The notes under the pieces are model-generated. The model had not been told where the DNA came from. It saw only the letters and a list, made by a program, of their open reading frames with translations, and did not search any database. Position numbers and translations under genes: made by a program. From Eledone cirrhosa (lineage: Eukaryota): a stretch of 64,000 nucleotides of DNA. This document shows positions 45,213 to 60,347 of the stretch, one piece after another; position 1 is the stretch's first letter, and every line of letters begins with the position of its first letter. The stretch is from the NCBI GenBank assembly GCA_964016885.1, contig OZ024759.1, positions 32,302,001 through 32,366,000 of the forward strand, written 5' to 3'.

Positions 45213-45573
45213 TATGTCCCTGTGTGTGTGTGCGTGTGTACAAACATATCCATGTGTGCATATATATAACATGTAATATGTATATATATATATATATATA
45301 CATATACACCCACATACATACATATACACAAACATGTACATACAAACATACATACATACATACATACATACATACATACATACATACATACATACATACA
45401 TACATACATACATACATACATACATACATACATACATACAGAAAGATAGGCAGACATGCATACATCCAAATTTATATTACATATCGAGCGTTCTTTCCCT
45501 TGATTCTAGGCTGGCTGCAAAGCTGTGTCGTAAAAAATAATATGTATATGTGCGTATGTATATATATGTATGT

Positions 45574-45626
<53 letters not shown>

Positions 45627-45979
45627 CATATATATATATATATATATAACATTCATGATAAGAGGAAACATGACAAAAAACAGGAATCTATTTCGTTTCG
45701 CTTCATTCATTTCTCCACTTTACAAGACCGTTTTTTTTTTCGTTCCAACGAATCAGGAAAAGTATAGAATCTCGTGCTACTGGGGGTAGGGATTGCTATT
45801 GAGACTGACACATGAAAATGCAAAGATGAGATTGGAGAAAGTAATCTCCTCTCCTTACCCTCCAAAAAAATCTTTTTTCACATATAGAAAATGAAAGAAC
45901 ATTCGTACATGCATTTATATATAAATTTATATTTATATATAAATAACTATAGCTATATATAAATATATATATATTTATA

Positions 45980-46044
<65 letters not shown>

Positions 46045-46045
46045 G

Positions 46046-46077
<32 letters not shown>

Positions 46078-46264
46078 TACATGTATGTATTATTTATATA
46101 TATATATATGTATATATAACGGCGATGAATTAGTTTTGCGAGGTTTTTTATATGAAATCGTGTGTCGAAACAAAATGAGTATGTTCTGTTAATAAATCTG
46201 GTAATATTATTACACAAATATAACCCTCCCTAAGTATAACAATATATATATATATATATATATT

Positions 46265-46338
<74 letters not shown>

Positions 46339-46446
46339 AATATATATGGTGAGCAATATTAGATATTACGCAGTTACAAGTATGAATATAGCTCGATGTA
46401 ATATAACAAGTATAATACAGAGTTGAAATACATTGTAAATAATAAT

Positions 46447-46573
<127 letters not shown>

Positions 46574-46855
46574 AATAAAGGGGGGGGTTATCTACGAGCC
46601 AAAGTATTTGTTTTTAAATAACTAGCAATTCGAGCCCCTCTTTCCACATAAAACAGAGAGAACTTTCGAAAACCAACCAGAAACGAGACAAACCACAAAC
46701 CCTCCATTTCAATTCTACTTTTGAAAAGCATAAGAACTGTGAAACCGGTAAAGGAAACAAATAAATAAAAAGACTTCAATTGCATATTCGATTTTTTTTC
46801 CTTATACTTTTACCCATGTAGGACAGCTCGTTTTTTTATTTAAAAAACCTCATTT

Positions 46856-46893
<38 letters not shown>

Positions 46894-47056
46894 GGAAACT
46901 CTGCTTCGAAGAATCGAGACGTATCTGAGGATCTTGCGATTTCAGAGTCAGGTTCGATCATTGCATCGATCGTGCCTTGAGCTGGTCGCCAGAGAAACGA
47001 TTGTAATATGTCTAATAAATTTTAATTCGTCGCACTACTGATTCTCCGTATCTTAT

Positions 47057-47121
<65 letters not shown>

Positions 47122-48692
47122 GTGTGTCTGTGTGTAATAGCTTTAAAAAATGGCCACATAGCTAAGTTTTTAGAATATGAATTCAATACAGGGCGGCACA
47201 CACAAGAAAAACAATGGGAAAAACAACGGTAAAATGGACAGTCCCATTTCCTCAGTCAACCTCTAGAAATCATTACAGTTTCGGTTTTTAGGGTTTTAAC
47301 GTTTCATTCCAGTGTAAATTGGAACGTAACAAGACAGGCAGAGACAAAGACGAGAAGTATTCCTTTCGGCGAATTATACAAATAAAGACGAAAACTATCT
47401 CAAGTGTGTCAACTAACAAAGAAGAGAGGGAACGGTGTGTGAAAGCTTAGCAAAAGAACAAGAATTATAGAGAAAGGAGAGAAATAGAGAGACAGAAGAG
47501 AATAATATGGACTGCAGTCCAAAAGCAGATAAAGAAGAATGACAGTGAGATGTAGAAAAGGTATGAAGGAAGAATAGAGGAAGACAGACCGGGTGGTGTG
47601 ATGTCTATTATATAATTCACACAGAAAAACAATTACATATGAAACACAGGCAATTGTACCTTGTCAGCCATCATGCTGGCGTGCAATTTTGTGCATTAAG
47701 TTGTCATTAATGCCTGTTTATGCAACAGATTAGTGAAGCACTTTGTGTGAGATACATGTGAGGGATTTTAAACTATCTTTTTAGTTATGTTTTCTTTTCT
47801 GGGTATTTGTGGGATGGATGGAGGTGAAAAAACAAAGCAACAACAACAACAACAACAAAACAAAAACAAAGAAAACAATAGAGGGGGGAAAACAACAACA
47901 ACAGCAACAACAACAGAGTCCCACCTTCCGAGTTTATTAAGAAAAAGACGGTGCTGGGGGTGGGGGAGAGATGGCAGGTAGAGGAATCACTAAATATAGT
48001 TCCTCTTTCTTTCCCCCCACACGAAACGTATTATTATTGCTGTTGTTATTGTTGGTGTTGTTGGTGTTGTTGTTATTGTGGTCAATAAATGATAATTATT
48101 TTGTTGCTGTTGTTGTTGTTGTTGTTGTTGTTGTTATTGTAAATCGAGAAGAATAAGATAACAGCAGCAGCTGCAGCAAAAACAACAACAATAACAACAT
48201 CAAAAACAACGACAAGAACAACAGCAAAAACAGCAGTAACAACAAAAACGACAACAATAAAAACAGTAGCAGCAGTAACAACAACAGCAGCTGCAGTAAC
48301 AACACAACAACAGCAGTAACAACAGCAGCAGCAGTAACAACAACAACAGCAGCAGCAGTAACAACAATAATAACAACAGCTGTAACAACAACAACAGCAG
48401 TAACAACAAAAACGACAACAATAAAAACAGTAGCAGCAGTAACAACAACAGCAGCAGCAGTAACAACAACAGCAGCTGCAGTTACAACACAACAACAGCA
48501 GTAACAACAGCAGCAGCAGTAACAACAACAACAACAACAGCAGCAGTAACAACAATAATAACAACAACTAACTTTTTTTACAATATTCCTGTCAACGAAA
48601 CCGAATTTTCCGGAAACTGCTGTCAGGACAGAGTGTTATGGCGGGTGGTTCGTCGGGTGTACCAGTCTTGTGTCTATGTATGTATATATATG

Positions 48693-49302
48693 TGTCAAGT
48701 CACCAGTTGGTGCTACTGGTAACATGTACCCCAGTACAACCTGTCCCATGGTCGGGTCATTGGCGACTAAACTGGCAACCCCACCAAGGTTTCTTGGTGG
48801 GGAGGGTGACTTTGGACATCTTGCAGGACTAAAAACAAAACCTGTCAAAGGACAAAGGAGCTCTTAAGAGTCAATGGCCATCCAATATCACCGGGAGAGA
48901 TGACCCCTTAGCCTTTGTCAAAGCATAATTCTAGGAGAAGGAAAACTCTGATATAACACCTGCAACCCTGATGGTATCCAATGATGTTGACTTGTTCTTC
49001 GTTTTGGTAAATATCATCTTGGTTAAGAGAGTGGGACTGGCTTTGTGCAGTGCCTTTGCTCACTATAAAAGCTTCACGGCACAGGCATTGCTTTATATCT
49101 GGAGATCTCTCTGCACTTGTCGTTACATGGTACCATGGGCCCAGCACTATGTGTCAATAATTGTCACAAGTGCAGTGTTTGTACCAGAGTTTTCAAGTCG
49201 CTGGCTGGACTAAAAAGTCACACTCGTTCAGCGTATCGGTAGGGGTTCTCCTACATGGATATAAAGTAGTGGCCGTACTCGAAAACGAGTTGGCAGCCAC
49301 CA
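48693..49302 (+). mobile_element. Second copy of the bipartite RTE-derived element
   Basis: Same length and ends as 44273-44882 with few substitutions; offset 4420 bp. Confidence 0.75.
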
Positions 49303-49360
49303 TATATGTATGTATGTATATATGTGTGTGTATGTATAAATATATGTATGCGTATATATA

Positions 49361-49438
<78 letters not shown>

Positions 49439-49441
<3 letters not shown>

Positions 49442-49686
49442 TTATGTAATTCCAAAGGAAAAGCAAAGTAAAAAAGAGTGCTCTATGTATAGAAAGTATA
49501 TTTAATTAGAAAGTTAACAACACAAAATATAACTGCTCATTTACCAAAGGTTTCTGGATCACAGACGATAATAATATATACGTCTAGATCTCTATCTGAC
49601 GAACGATCCAGACGTATATTGTTATCGTCCATGATCCAGAAACCTTTTGTAATGGAATAGTTATTTTTTGTGTTGTTCACTTTATA
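49439..49686 (-). mobile_element. Family E-related fold-back element; hammerhead-like motif on plus 49591-49656
   Basis: tctat-CTGACGA-...gacg tatattgttat cgtc...-GAAA-cctttt-GTA-atgga; tail aaaaaagagtgctctatg is the reverse complement of the E tail. Confidence 0.65.
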
Positions 49687-50487
49687 CATATATATATATA
49701 TATTCGTATGTTTGTATGTGTTGATGTGCATTCTATATAAATAACCTTTCAGCAAGAATGAATTTGTTTACAAAATCTTCGATTTTCCTGTCTTTCCTAT
49801 CGAGATAGGTGAGTGCTGAAGAAAGGTAGTGACTCTGAAATACATGTATACACCGCTCCTAACCCGAGAGTGAAGATGTACATACATCGATTCTAATCAC
49901 TTATTGCATCTGTCGAGAAAATCAATTCTAGATTCGGTCTGATTGTAATTCCGAAATTGTCATTTGCGTAACACATGTTACGCGCAATTATGAATAAAAT
50001 ATATTCAACTAAAACTTCAATGTTTCTTTCTTAAAATATATATATGTGTGTGTGTGTGTGTAATTTTCAAACTAAACGTGTTTGTTATATATTCATTAAA
50101 TTTCTTCTCTTATATGTATTTTTGTTTAAAACATTCTTCTTTCTCCCCTATCTTTTTATTCTTGTTAATTTAGAGTTTGTCTTTTTTTTTAATTTATTCA
50201 TTTATTTCTTACCTAAATTACTTTCCTTTGCAACTTTATATTTCGTTTCAGTTAATTAAAAATGTTTAAGTTATAAACATTACAAAAAGCTGACGAAACG
50301 AAACTAGGATGACACCAATGTCACTATTTTCATCCGGCTTCAAACAAACCTCTTCACTTGTTTACGTTTTGTTTTTAATCTATTTTAAGTAAATAATTAT
50401 AATTAGACTGTCTTTTGGAACCCAATTAAACAACATTACTTTTCTTTTCTGCATCGTATTTAATATTTTGTAGAGGTGAAGGACCGT

Positions 50488-51265
50488 GGATTGCCAGTAA
50501 TCGGCGGAGCGTCGGGTAATATGTTGTATGGCATAGAGTTATGTCCTTCGACGATCTAAGTTCATCCTTACGGGGTCGACGAAATAAAGTACCAGTAATG
50601 CACTGGGGTCGATTTAATAGACTTTCCTCTCCCCCAAAATTGCTCGTCTTGTGCTTAAAGTATCGGTAGAGGGTCGGACGACACGCTTTCCATCATAGTT
50701 ACGTCCCTTTACGATCTCAGTTCAAATCCCGCCGAGGTTAACTTTGCCTTTCATCCTTACGGGGTCGATAAAATAAAGTACCAGTAATGCACTTGGTAAT
50801 TGCTGGCCTTATGCCAAAAGTAGAAACAATTATTATTATAATTGGCAGTATCGGTAGAGGGTCGGACGCCATGCTTTGCAGCAAAGAGTTACGTCCCTTT
50901 ACAGTATGAGTTCAAATCCTGCCGAGGTTAACTTTGCCTTTCATCCTTACCGGGCCGATAAAATAAGGTACCAGTAATGCACTGGGTTAATTGCTGGCCT
51001 TGTGCTAAAAATAGAAACAAATATTATTATTATTATTATTATGGATTGGCAGTAATCAGTTGAGCGTCGAACAGCATGCTTTATGGCATAGAGTTGCGGC
51101 CCTTTATGATCCGAGTTGAAATCCTGTCGAGGTTAGCTTTGCTTTTCATCCTTACGAGGTCGATAAAATAAAGTACCAGTAATACACTGATGCACTGGAG
51201 TCGATTTAATAGACTTTCCCCACTCCCAAAAATTGTTGGCCTCGTGCTTAAATCAGAAACGATTA
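50488..51265 (+). mobile_element. Four head-to-tail S1 SINE copies
   Basis: Core catccttac.gg..cga..aaataa.gtaccagtaat repeated at about 50564, 50753, 50942, 51148. Confidence 0.85.
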
Positions 51266-51399
51266 TTTTGCAGATTGAACACGTGACTGGGTGATTAAGG
51301 GATTCAATTCGCAATCATCTTGAGCACGTGTCATTTTAACACAGTCATGTGTCGACCTGTGCCTGAGGTAAACGGAAATTGTTTGGGAGACCGTCGGGT

Positions 51400-51875
51400 G
51401 GATATATCAGTAACCTATACCGTCGCTACCCCCAGTGAATGATATGAACCCGTACTGTGTGGGAGAACCCTCTCTCGTAGGCAGATCCCTATATGTAAAC
51501 CGCCTCTTGGTCCTAGAGTAGCAATGGTATAGGCTGCTGATAGCTACCCCAATTATACGAGTCCGGCCAGTGTGTAGGAGAACACTCTCTGGCCTGCCAA
51601 ACCCTTGGGTTAAGCCACCTCATGATCCCAGCTTGTATCATTTGGGGTAACAATGATATACATTGCTAACTATCTACCCCAGTAATACGAGTCCGGACAA
51701 TGTGGGAGAGGGGTCTTTGGTGTCCATCTCCCTAGGTGTAAACCGACTCTAGGTCCCAGCTTGTATCATTGGGGCAGCGATGTATAGGTTGCTAACTATC
51801 TACCCCAGTAATACGAGCCCGGACAATGTGAGAGAGGGGTCTTTGGTGTCCAGTTCTCTGGGAATAAACCACACA
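51400..51875. repeat. ~126-bp tandem repeat, about 4 diverged units, self-complementary
   Basis: ctaccccagtaatacgag.ccggacaatgtg recurs at about 51426, 51544, 51674, 51800. Confidence 0.75.
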
Positions 51876-52590
51876 CCCTTCTATTCGACGTTCTAACGAC
51901 TCTGTTAATTCACCGCCAAACGCAGTTTTGTTTGACTTAAAGAAAAGAATGCTGGTGGGATTATATCATTGGTTGATAAAGACGTGCCATAAATCTGTCT
52001 TAATTTTCCCTGGTTTACTTTCACAAGCAATAATTCCCACCACCTGTTGTTGTTCTTCTTCTTCTTGTGGTTGTTGTTGTAGATGTTACTATTGTTGTTA
52101 TTGTTGTTATTGTTGTTATGTTGTATTTCGTTTGTTTTAATACATTTTGAGCGGAATTTATTGTTAACAGCTCCAACAATTAATCCCATCAATTTGAATG
52201 TACTTTCATTAATCTAGAAATGTGGTGTAATCTAGAATTTAATATAGTAGCATAATACCCGGGATTTTTATTTTTAATCTTTTCACAACTGGACTGATTT
52301 TGTTTTTTGTCTTTTCTTCGGCTTCTATTACTGTTTACTTGATTTTTTACGTTTGTTTTTGTTTTGTTTTGTTTTGTTTGGTTTGGTTTTTTGGTGGAGG
52401 TGCGTGTGTTGTTTTGTGTTTTTGTTTCTGTTGTTTTGTTGAAGATATCTTTCATTCATCCCTTTCCTCTCCCCACTACCCTTTATATTTTCAGCCATTC
52501 TTGTTTATTGTTTGTCAACAGGGAGCTAAAAAGTACAAGAAGGTAGGGGAGAAAGAAAAGGAACCTCGGATTAAGCTCAAATTCAAACAC

Positions 52591-52643
<53 letters not shown>

Positions 52644-52645
52644 TA

Positions 52646-52716
<71 letters not shown>

Positions 52717-53055
52717 TTTAGAAAACATAAGAGAAACACAAACATAAGGAGAATTCCAGCATTTCAGCTCAGCTGTATGCTGTTGGTCGCTGATATTTCG
52801 ACGCATTAAATGCAGTACATCTCACCAGAGTGCGTTAATAACTACGAGGTATAGTTATTCGGAAAGGAAACAAAAAGCGATAGCGAAGAGAACGACAGAA
52901 AAAAGAAAATCAACAGAAGAAAGACATACAGATAGAGAGGGGGAAACACGTGACATTAGTACATATAAGTTAAAGTAACCAATTGGAGGTTTTTTCTAAA
53001 CAATATTTATTAGTAACCACACAGCGCCTGTCACTTTTAATTCATATATATATAT

Positions 53056-53400
53056 AATTGTTTCTACTTTTGGCCCCAGGCCAGCAATTATCCCAGTGTA
53101 TTACTGGTACTTTCATATATATATATATATATAATTGTTTCTACTTTTGGCACCAGGCCAACAATTATCCCAGTGTATTACTGGTACTTTCATATATATA
53201 TATATATATATATATAATTGTTTCTACTTTTGGCACAAGGCCAGCAAATACCCAGTGTATTACTGGTACTTTATTTTATCGACCCCGTAAGGATGAAAGG
53301 CAAAGTTAACCTGGGCGGGATTTGAACTAAGAATGGCAAGGGCCGTAACTCTATACGTCAAAGCATGGCGTCCGACACTCTACCGATACTGCCAATCCAC
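53056..53400 (-). mobile_element. SINE S1 with triplicated 3' tail separated by TA tracts
   Basis: taattgtttctacttttggc...cccagtgtattactggtacttt three times, then a full body. Confidence 0.85.
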
Positions 53401-53409
53401 AGGTCCAAC

Positions 53410-53525
53410 AAGCTTTTGATTCTAGAGTTGGGCCAGATTGATACAGATCGAACCTTAAGCTGATCAATAACGAAACGCGCGTCACAAATCAATAAACATA
53501 ATGAAGGCTTAACAAATCGTCCTTC
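53410..53525 (+). mobile_element. Family G remnant
   Basis: agatcgaaccttaagctgatcaataac-GAAACGCGCGTC-acaaatcaataaa. Confidence 0.6.
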
Positions 53526-53529
53526 TATT

Positions 53530-53652
53530 CCATTCTGAGATCAAATCCCGCCGAGGTTAACTTTGCCTTTCATCCTTACGGGGTCGATAAAATAAAGTAC
53601 CAGTAATGTACTGGGTAATTACTGGCCTTGTGCCTAAAGTATAAACAATTAT
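53530..53652 (+). mobile_element. SINE S1, 3' part
   Basis: Core motif as above. Confidence 0.85.
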
Positions 53653-53709
53653 TATATAGATATATGTGTGTGTGTGAGTCCTAAATGTAAAACAAAGCAA
53701 GCATATGTA

Positions 53710-53784
<75 letters not shown>

Positions 53785-53796
53785 CATATATATATG

Positions 53797-53899
<103 letters not shown>

Positions 53900-53912
53900 G
53901 TATATATATATG

Positions 53913-53979
<67 letters not shown>

Positions 53980-54054
53980 GTATATGTGTGTGTGTGTGTG
54001 TGTGTATATATGTATGTATGTATGTATGTATATATGTGTATATCTATATATATG

Positions 54055-54129
<75 letters not shown>

Positions 54130-54130
54130 A

Positions 54131-54193
<63 letters not shown>

Positions 54194-54212
54194 GTATATA
54201 TATATATATACA

Positions 54213-54257
<45 letters not shown>

Positions 54258-54258
54258 A

Positions 54259-54313
<55 letters not shown>

Positions 54314-56142
54314 ATATATATATATATATATGTATATGTGTATATATATATGTGTGTGTGTGTATGTATGTGGGTCCTGAATGTAAAACGAATCAAGCAT
54401 TTAGATTAAGTTAATAACTTAACTCCGTTAAGTATTTATTACCAAATTCAGATTAAAACCGTTAAATTAATTAAACTAGTTTATGTATATTTTTTTCTGT
54501 GCGTGTGTCTATGTGTGTGTGATTGTTTGTGTGTGTGATTGTTTGTGTGTGTGTGTCTATGTGTGTGTGATTGTTTGTGTGTGTGTGTCTGTGTGTGTTT
54601 GGGTGTTTGTGGGTGTCTGTGTATGTGTATAAGTGGTATCGATGGCAGCCATTTTGAGACGAAATAATTAGCATAAGATGACTTTACTTTGTTTTTTATA
54701 CATTTTTTTTTAGATTTCTCTTATGGTTTTGTATGGTGGTGGTTGTAGTTGTGATAGTGGTGATCATGGTGGTGGTGGTGGTGGTGGTGGTGGTGGTGGT
54801 GGTGGTTGTAGTTGTGATGGTGGTGGTGGTGGTGGTGGTTGTAGTTGTGATGGTGGTGAAGGTGGTGGTGGTGGTAGTGGTGGTGGTTGTAGTTGTGACG
54901 ATGGTGGTGGTAGTGATGGTCGTGGTAGTAGTTGTGGTGGTAGTCATGGTGGTGGTATTGGTGGTGTTTGTAGTTGAGATGGTGGTGGTGGTACTGGTGG
55001 TGGTGGTAGCGATGGTGTTGGTGGTTGTAGTTGTGATGGTGATGGTGTTGCTAGTGATGGTAGTGGTTGTGGTGACTATTTTGAGGGGTTTTATTTAATT
55101 TATTTTATACCCTTTAAAAGCAGTTGGAGTACTTCCAATTGCCAATAGATTGTTGAAATAAAAATGTCTGAAATTATTCGACTAAAAATAAATGTAATTC
55201 AGCCAATCATTTCAAAGAAAATAGGTCACGTGGTTAACATGTTTTGTTGTTTGTTTCTTGTTTGCTGGGGTTTTTATAGAATTTAATAATTATGGGTGAA
55301 CATGGAAGACATTATGTTAATAAAATTTGTTAATAAGCTAATGTCTGTGTGTTTGGGTGTGGGGAATTGTAGAGGGGCTATGCCGGTATGTTGTGGTGTG
55401 GACGAGGTATGTTTGTGTGTGAGGTGTGTGTGTGTGTATGTATGTTTATGTGCTGGGTTTTGTTGGTGAGTATTTATGTGCATTAGTGTGTATATACTTG
55501 TGTGTCTCGATTTCCGTCTGTTTATGTGCATCGGTGTGTGCATGCTTATGTGTGTGTATGTGTTTATGCATGTCAATGTGGGTGTGTAGGGGTGTTTATG
55601 TATGTCTGTGGGTATGTGTGTCTGTATGTGCCAGTGTGTGTGTGCGTGTGGTGTTGATGTGTGTCGATGTATGTATGTGTTAATGTGTGTCGGTGTATGT
55701 ATGTGTTTATTTGTGTCGGTGGGTATGTGTGTCTGTATGTGCCAGTGTGTGTGCGTGTGTTAATGTGTATCGGTGTATGTATGTATGTGTTTATTTGTGT
55801 CGGTGTATGTATGTGATTATATTCATGTGCTTGTGTTTGACTCATGTGTATCGATACACAGTTCATTGATTTTCTCTAAATAGCTAAAGTCACAACTAGT
55901 GGTGAGGGTGTTGGTCTTATGACCATAGGGTGGAGGACTCAATTCCTGGACAAGGTGGAGTGTACATTCACCTATAAAAAATCAGTACCTGGGGTAGTCA
56001 GTATCATTAAAACAACCCCCAGAAATCACCAATGAGATTCAGCCACGTATAAGACCAGCTAAACTTACATAGGTGTGAGCTGTAACAACAACGCCATAAT
56101 AGGACTGGGAGCCCCTTATCGTTAAAACACCTGAGAAACAGT

Positions 56143-56978
56143 CTGTGAGGTCCAACCACGCAGGGGCCAGGAGACTCTTTATCATTAAGACACCTGAGAC
56201 ACTTTCTGTGAGGTCCAACCACGCAGGGGCCAGGAGACCCTTTATCATTAAGACACCTGAGAAACTTTCTGTGGGGTCCAACCACGCAGGGGCCAGGAGA
56301 CTCTTTATCATTAAGACACCTGAGAAACTTTCTGTGAGGTCCAACCACGCAGGGGCCAGGAGACCCTTTATCATTAAGACACCTGAGAAACTTTCTGTGG
56401 GGTCCAACCACGCAGGGGCCAGGAGACTCTTTATCATTAAGACACCTGAGAAACTTTCTGTGAGGTCCAACCACGCAGGGGCCAGGAGACCCTTTATCAT
56501 TAAGACACCTGAGAAACTTTCTGTGGGGTCCAACCACGCAGGGGCCAGGAGACTCTTTATCATTAAGACACCTGAGACACTTTCTGTGAGGTCCAACCAC
56601 GCAGGGGCCAGGAGACTCTTTATCATTAAGACACCTGAGACACTTTCTGTGAGGTCCAACCACGCAGGGGCCAGGAGACTCTTTATCATTAAGACACCTG
56701 AGACACTTTCTGTGAGGTCCAACCACGCAGGGGCCAGGAGACTCTTTATCATTAAGATACCTGAGACACTTTCTGTGAGGTCCAACCACGCAGGGGCCAG
56801 GAGACTCTTTATCATTAAGACACCTGAGACACTTTCTGTGAGGTCCAACCACGCAGGGGCCAGGAGACTCTTTATCATTAAGACACCTGAGACACTTTCT
56901 GTGAGGTCCAACCACGCAGGGGCCAGGAGACTCTTTATCATTAAGACACCTGAGACACTTTCTGTGAGGTCCAACCAC
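56143..56978. repeat. 63-bp minisatellite, about 13 near-identical copies
   Basis: Unit ctgtgaggtccaaccacgcaggggccaggagactctttatcattaagacacctgagacacttt; explains the 21-aa-periodic ORFs. Confidence 0.95.
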
Positions 56979-57680
56979 GTAGGAGGCCAGCTGAACCTAC
57001 ATAAGTATGAGCTGTAACAAGGTAAGCCTGGGGTCCCTCTCATTACAACATTCGTAAAACATCATATCAGAAGCAACCACGTAGGAGGCCAATTAAACCT
57101 ATATAAGTGTGAGCTGTAACAACAACCACATGCTAGGACTGGGCCCCTATCAATAAAACATTCGAGAAATCTCCGATGAGATTCAACCTGAGGCACCTCG
57201 TATCAGATGCAACCACGTAGGAGGCCAGCTAAACCTACATAGGTGTCAGCTGTGACAACATGTTAGGTCTGGGGTCCCTATGATTAAAATATCCGAAAAA
57301 CCTACTATCAGAAACAACCACGTAGGAAGTCAACTAAAACTACATAGGTGTGAGCTGTAATAGCATGTTAGGACTGGGGTCCCTATGATTAAAACATCCA
57401 AAAGAACCTCCTATCAGAAGCAACCACGTAGGAAGGCAACTAAACCTACATAAGTGTGAGCTGTAACAACATGTTAGGATTGTGGTCCCTCTCATTACAA
57501 CATCCTAAACAACCGCCTATCAGAAGCAACCACGTAGGAAGGCAACTAAACCTACATAGGTGTGAGCTGTAACAACATGTTAGGATTGTGGTCCCTCTCA
57601 TTACAACATCCTAAACAACCTCTTATCAGAAGCAACCACGTAGGAAGGCAACTAAACCTACATAGATTTCAGTTGAGACA
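56970..57680. repeat. ~106-bp diverged tandem repeat (also 56037-56142)
   Basis: agaagcaaccacgtagga..c.actaaacctacata.gtgtgagctgtaacaac at e.g. 57416, 57522, 57628. Confidence 0.85.
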
Positions 57681-58330
57681 ACAACAAAAAACAGTAAAAA
57701 CAACCATTACCCTTTCTATAAGTTTTGACGTGTTGTAATATCTCACCAAAACAATGTTATAACTAGATGTATTTTGTTGCGTTTCTTTTCTAGACATGTT
57801 TCTGCATTTCTAAAATAATATTGATGCTGATTATATCATCCCTTAAACTTATTTTCGGTTAAGTCGATATAATCTTTAGAAATTGAATTATCAGTTAGAA
57901 ATACCTTTTTGCGAAGTAATCAATCTATTTTGAAAACTACATCAATTATTAAATAAAGAATTTAAATCGGGGTGGACGAGGTAGTTGCATGAGAGCAGGA
58001 TGTGTTCTATATAGATTCTTACTATATATATATTTGCAGTTTCTAGAATAGATGTCTGCAATTTCTGTGGCAAAGTCGTTGTGTACACACGAAACTAAAT
58101 GTAAACCTAATTTCTATTCAAAATTATAAATTATTTACGATTCTTCGGAAAGTGTTTATTTAATAAGTAAAAGCAAACATGTTTACCGATACATTTACTT
58201 AAATCGATATATAATAATTACTTTGACATCGAACCAAGTGAAGTTTACGTTTTTCAAACATTCGGTTGTCTTAAGCATTTGGAAAAATTTGAAATATTTG
58301 AAATGTTGTCCCCAAAACACAAGTGACTAT

Positions 58331-58511
58331 AATAATTGTTTCTACTTTAGGCACAAGGCCAGCAATTACATCAATGTATTACTGGTACTTTATTTTATCG
58401 ACCCAGTAAGGATGAAAGGCAAAGTCAACCTCGGCGGGGTTTGAACTCAGTCCGGAAAGGACGTAACTATGCTGGAAAGCATGGCGTCCGACCCTCTACC
58501 GATACTGCCAA
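58331..58511 (-). mobile_element. SINE S1
   Basis: Closely similar to 573-762. Confidence 0.85.
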
Positions 58512-59158
58512 GTGACTATAATAATAGTTGATAACTATAAATAAAAGTTTAAAATCACGTAAATGACCTCTAAGGCGCAGGCGCCTCTGTCCACTTCCTT
58601 TTCTGTCTCACAGGATATTGTACCTGATTTTTCTCAACTACTAATTACTCTTTCTATCCCTACGTGACACAAAAGGTGGGATTGTAAGGTTCCACTTGAC
58701 AATTGTCAACGTTTGCTTCCTTCTGAGCCCCCCATGCGGGTCCCGAGGACCTGCAACCTGTGTGCATCTGTATGCATCTATCCCACACTTCCCAGGAAAG
58801 CTTGCAGCGCCATCTCCAGTTTTTTTTTTCGGCGTTTAATGGAGACTACAATACATTTCTAGAACGGTCTCTTCCGCCTGAAGCCTAACGGCATCCCTTG
58901 TTATCTTGTTACGTAAATGAAAACGCGATATGGTTACTTTTATTTAATCAAACTATACTACAGATTTTGGTGGTCATATTGCGGCCTCAGAATCGTTACG
59001 ATATCAATGAAATAATTTTATCTTTTAAATCAGTTTTAAAGATAGAATTTAGTTAAATATCGGTAAAACATAAAACTGGTAATGTACTTTCAGTTATAAA
59101 TAAATAGCTATAAAACTCTACGACTATCTATTAAGTATACTATTGTATGACACCTTCC

Positions 59159-59232
<74 letters not shown>

Positions 59233-59345
59233 GTGTGTGTATGTGTGTGTGTGTGTGTTAGATTTTCCGTACATGGACACTTTACCCTGTACACACACAC
59301 ATATATATAATAGATACATATATATATATATGTATGTATATATAA

Positions 59346-59389
<44 letters not shown>

Positions 59390-59411
59390 TAGATATATAT
59401 ATATGTGTATC

Positions 59412-59445
<34 letters not shown>

Positions 59446-60347
59446 GATATATACATACATATATATTTATATATACACACATATATATATATAATATATA
59501 TATATATATATAGTAGATACATACATATATACATACATATATAAATATATATATGTATATATATATATATATCATCACACAACATTGCTACCAACAGACC
59601 ACCATTTTATGTGTTCTACTATCTTCGAATATGAAAATAAAATTGATAACAAAATCAGATGAGAATTCTTTGACTTCCACCACTCCTACCACACCCACCA
59701 CCACCTCACCACTCCAACCACCGCCTCACCATGACCACCACCACAACATCACTCCCACCACTGCCAAATCACTCCCACCACCATCTCACCACTCCCACCA
59801 CCGCCACATCACTCCCGCCACCACCTTACCACTCCCGCCACCACCTTACCACTCCCACCAGCGCCACATCACTCTCACCACCACCGCCACATCATTCCCA
59901 CCACTGTCACCACCTCACCACTGTCATCACCATCTCACCATTCTCACCACCACCACCACATCACTCCCAACACCACCTCACCAGTTCCGCCACCGCCTCA
60001 CCACGCCCACCATCACTCTCACCACACCTAACACCACCACCGCCACCATGTCACCACGCCAACGACGCCCACCACGCCAACGACGCCCACCACGCCGAAT
60101 TCTCCAATTCGTTTTATCTTCTACTTTACTCAACTTTCCCAATATACTTCAGTATAGAGGGACACGGTTAATGAGGAACTTTAAGACTTCTAGCAGTCTC
60201 TAAGAGAAAATTCTTCAGAACATTCTAGTTCAAAGAGAAATGTTAGTCGTAAGTTAGTAACTAGTAGATAGTAGTAGAAAATTACAACGAATAAAGTTTG
60301 GTAAAATCTTCGGACAAACAAAATATTTGGTGGTATTTATTTAATTA

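Noticed and set aside
56007-57043. 290-334 aa ORFs with 21-aa repeats
   Set aside because: Consequence of a 63-bp tandem unit; open on both strands, with no unique coding flank.
57416-57630. Twister-like reading of the 106-bp unit (taa...gttacagc on minus)
   Set aside because: The required pseudoknot pairings could not be found.
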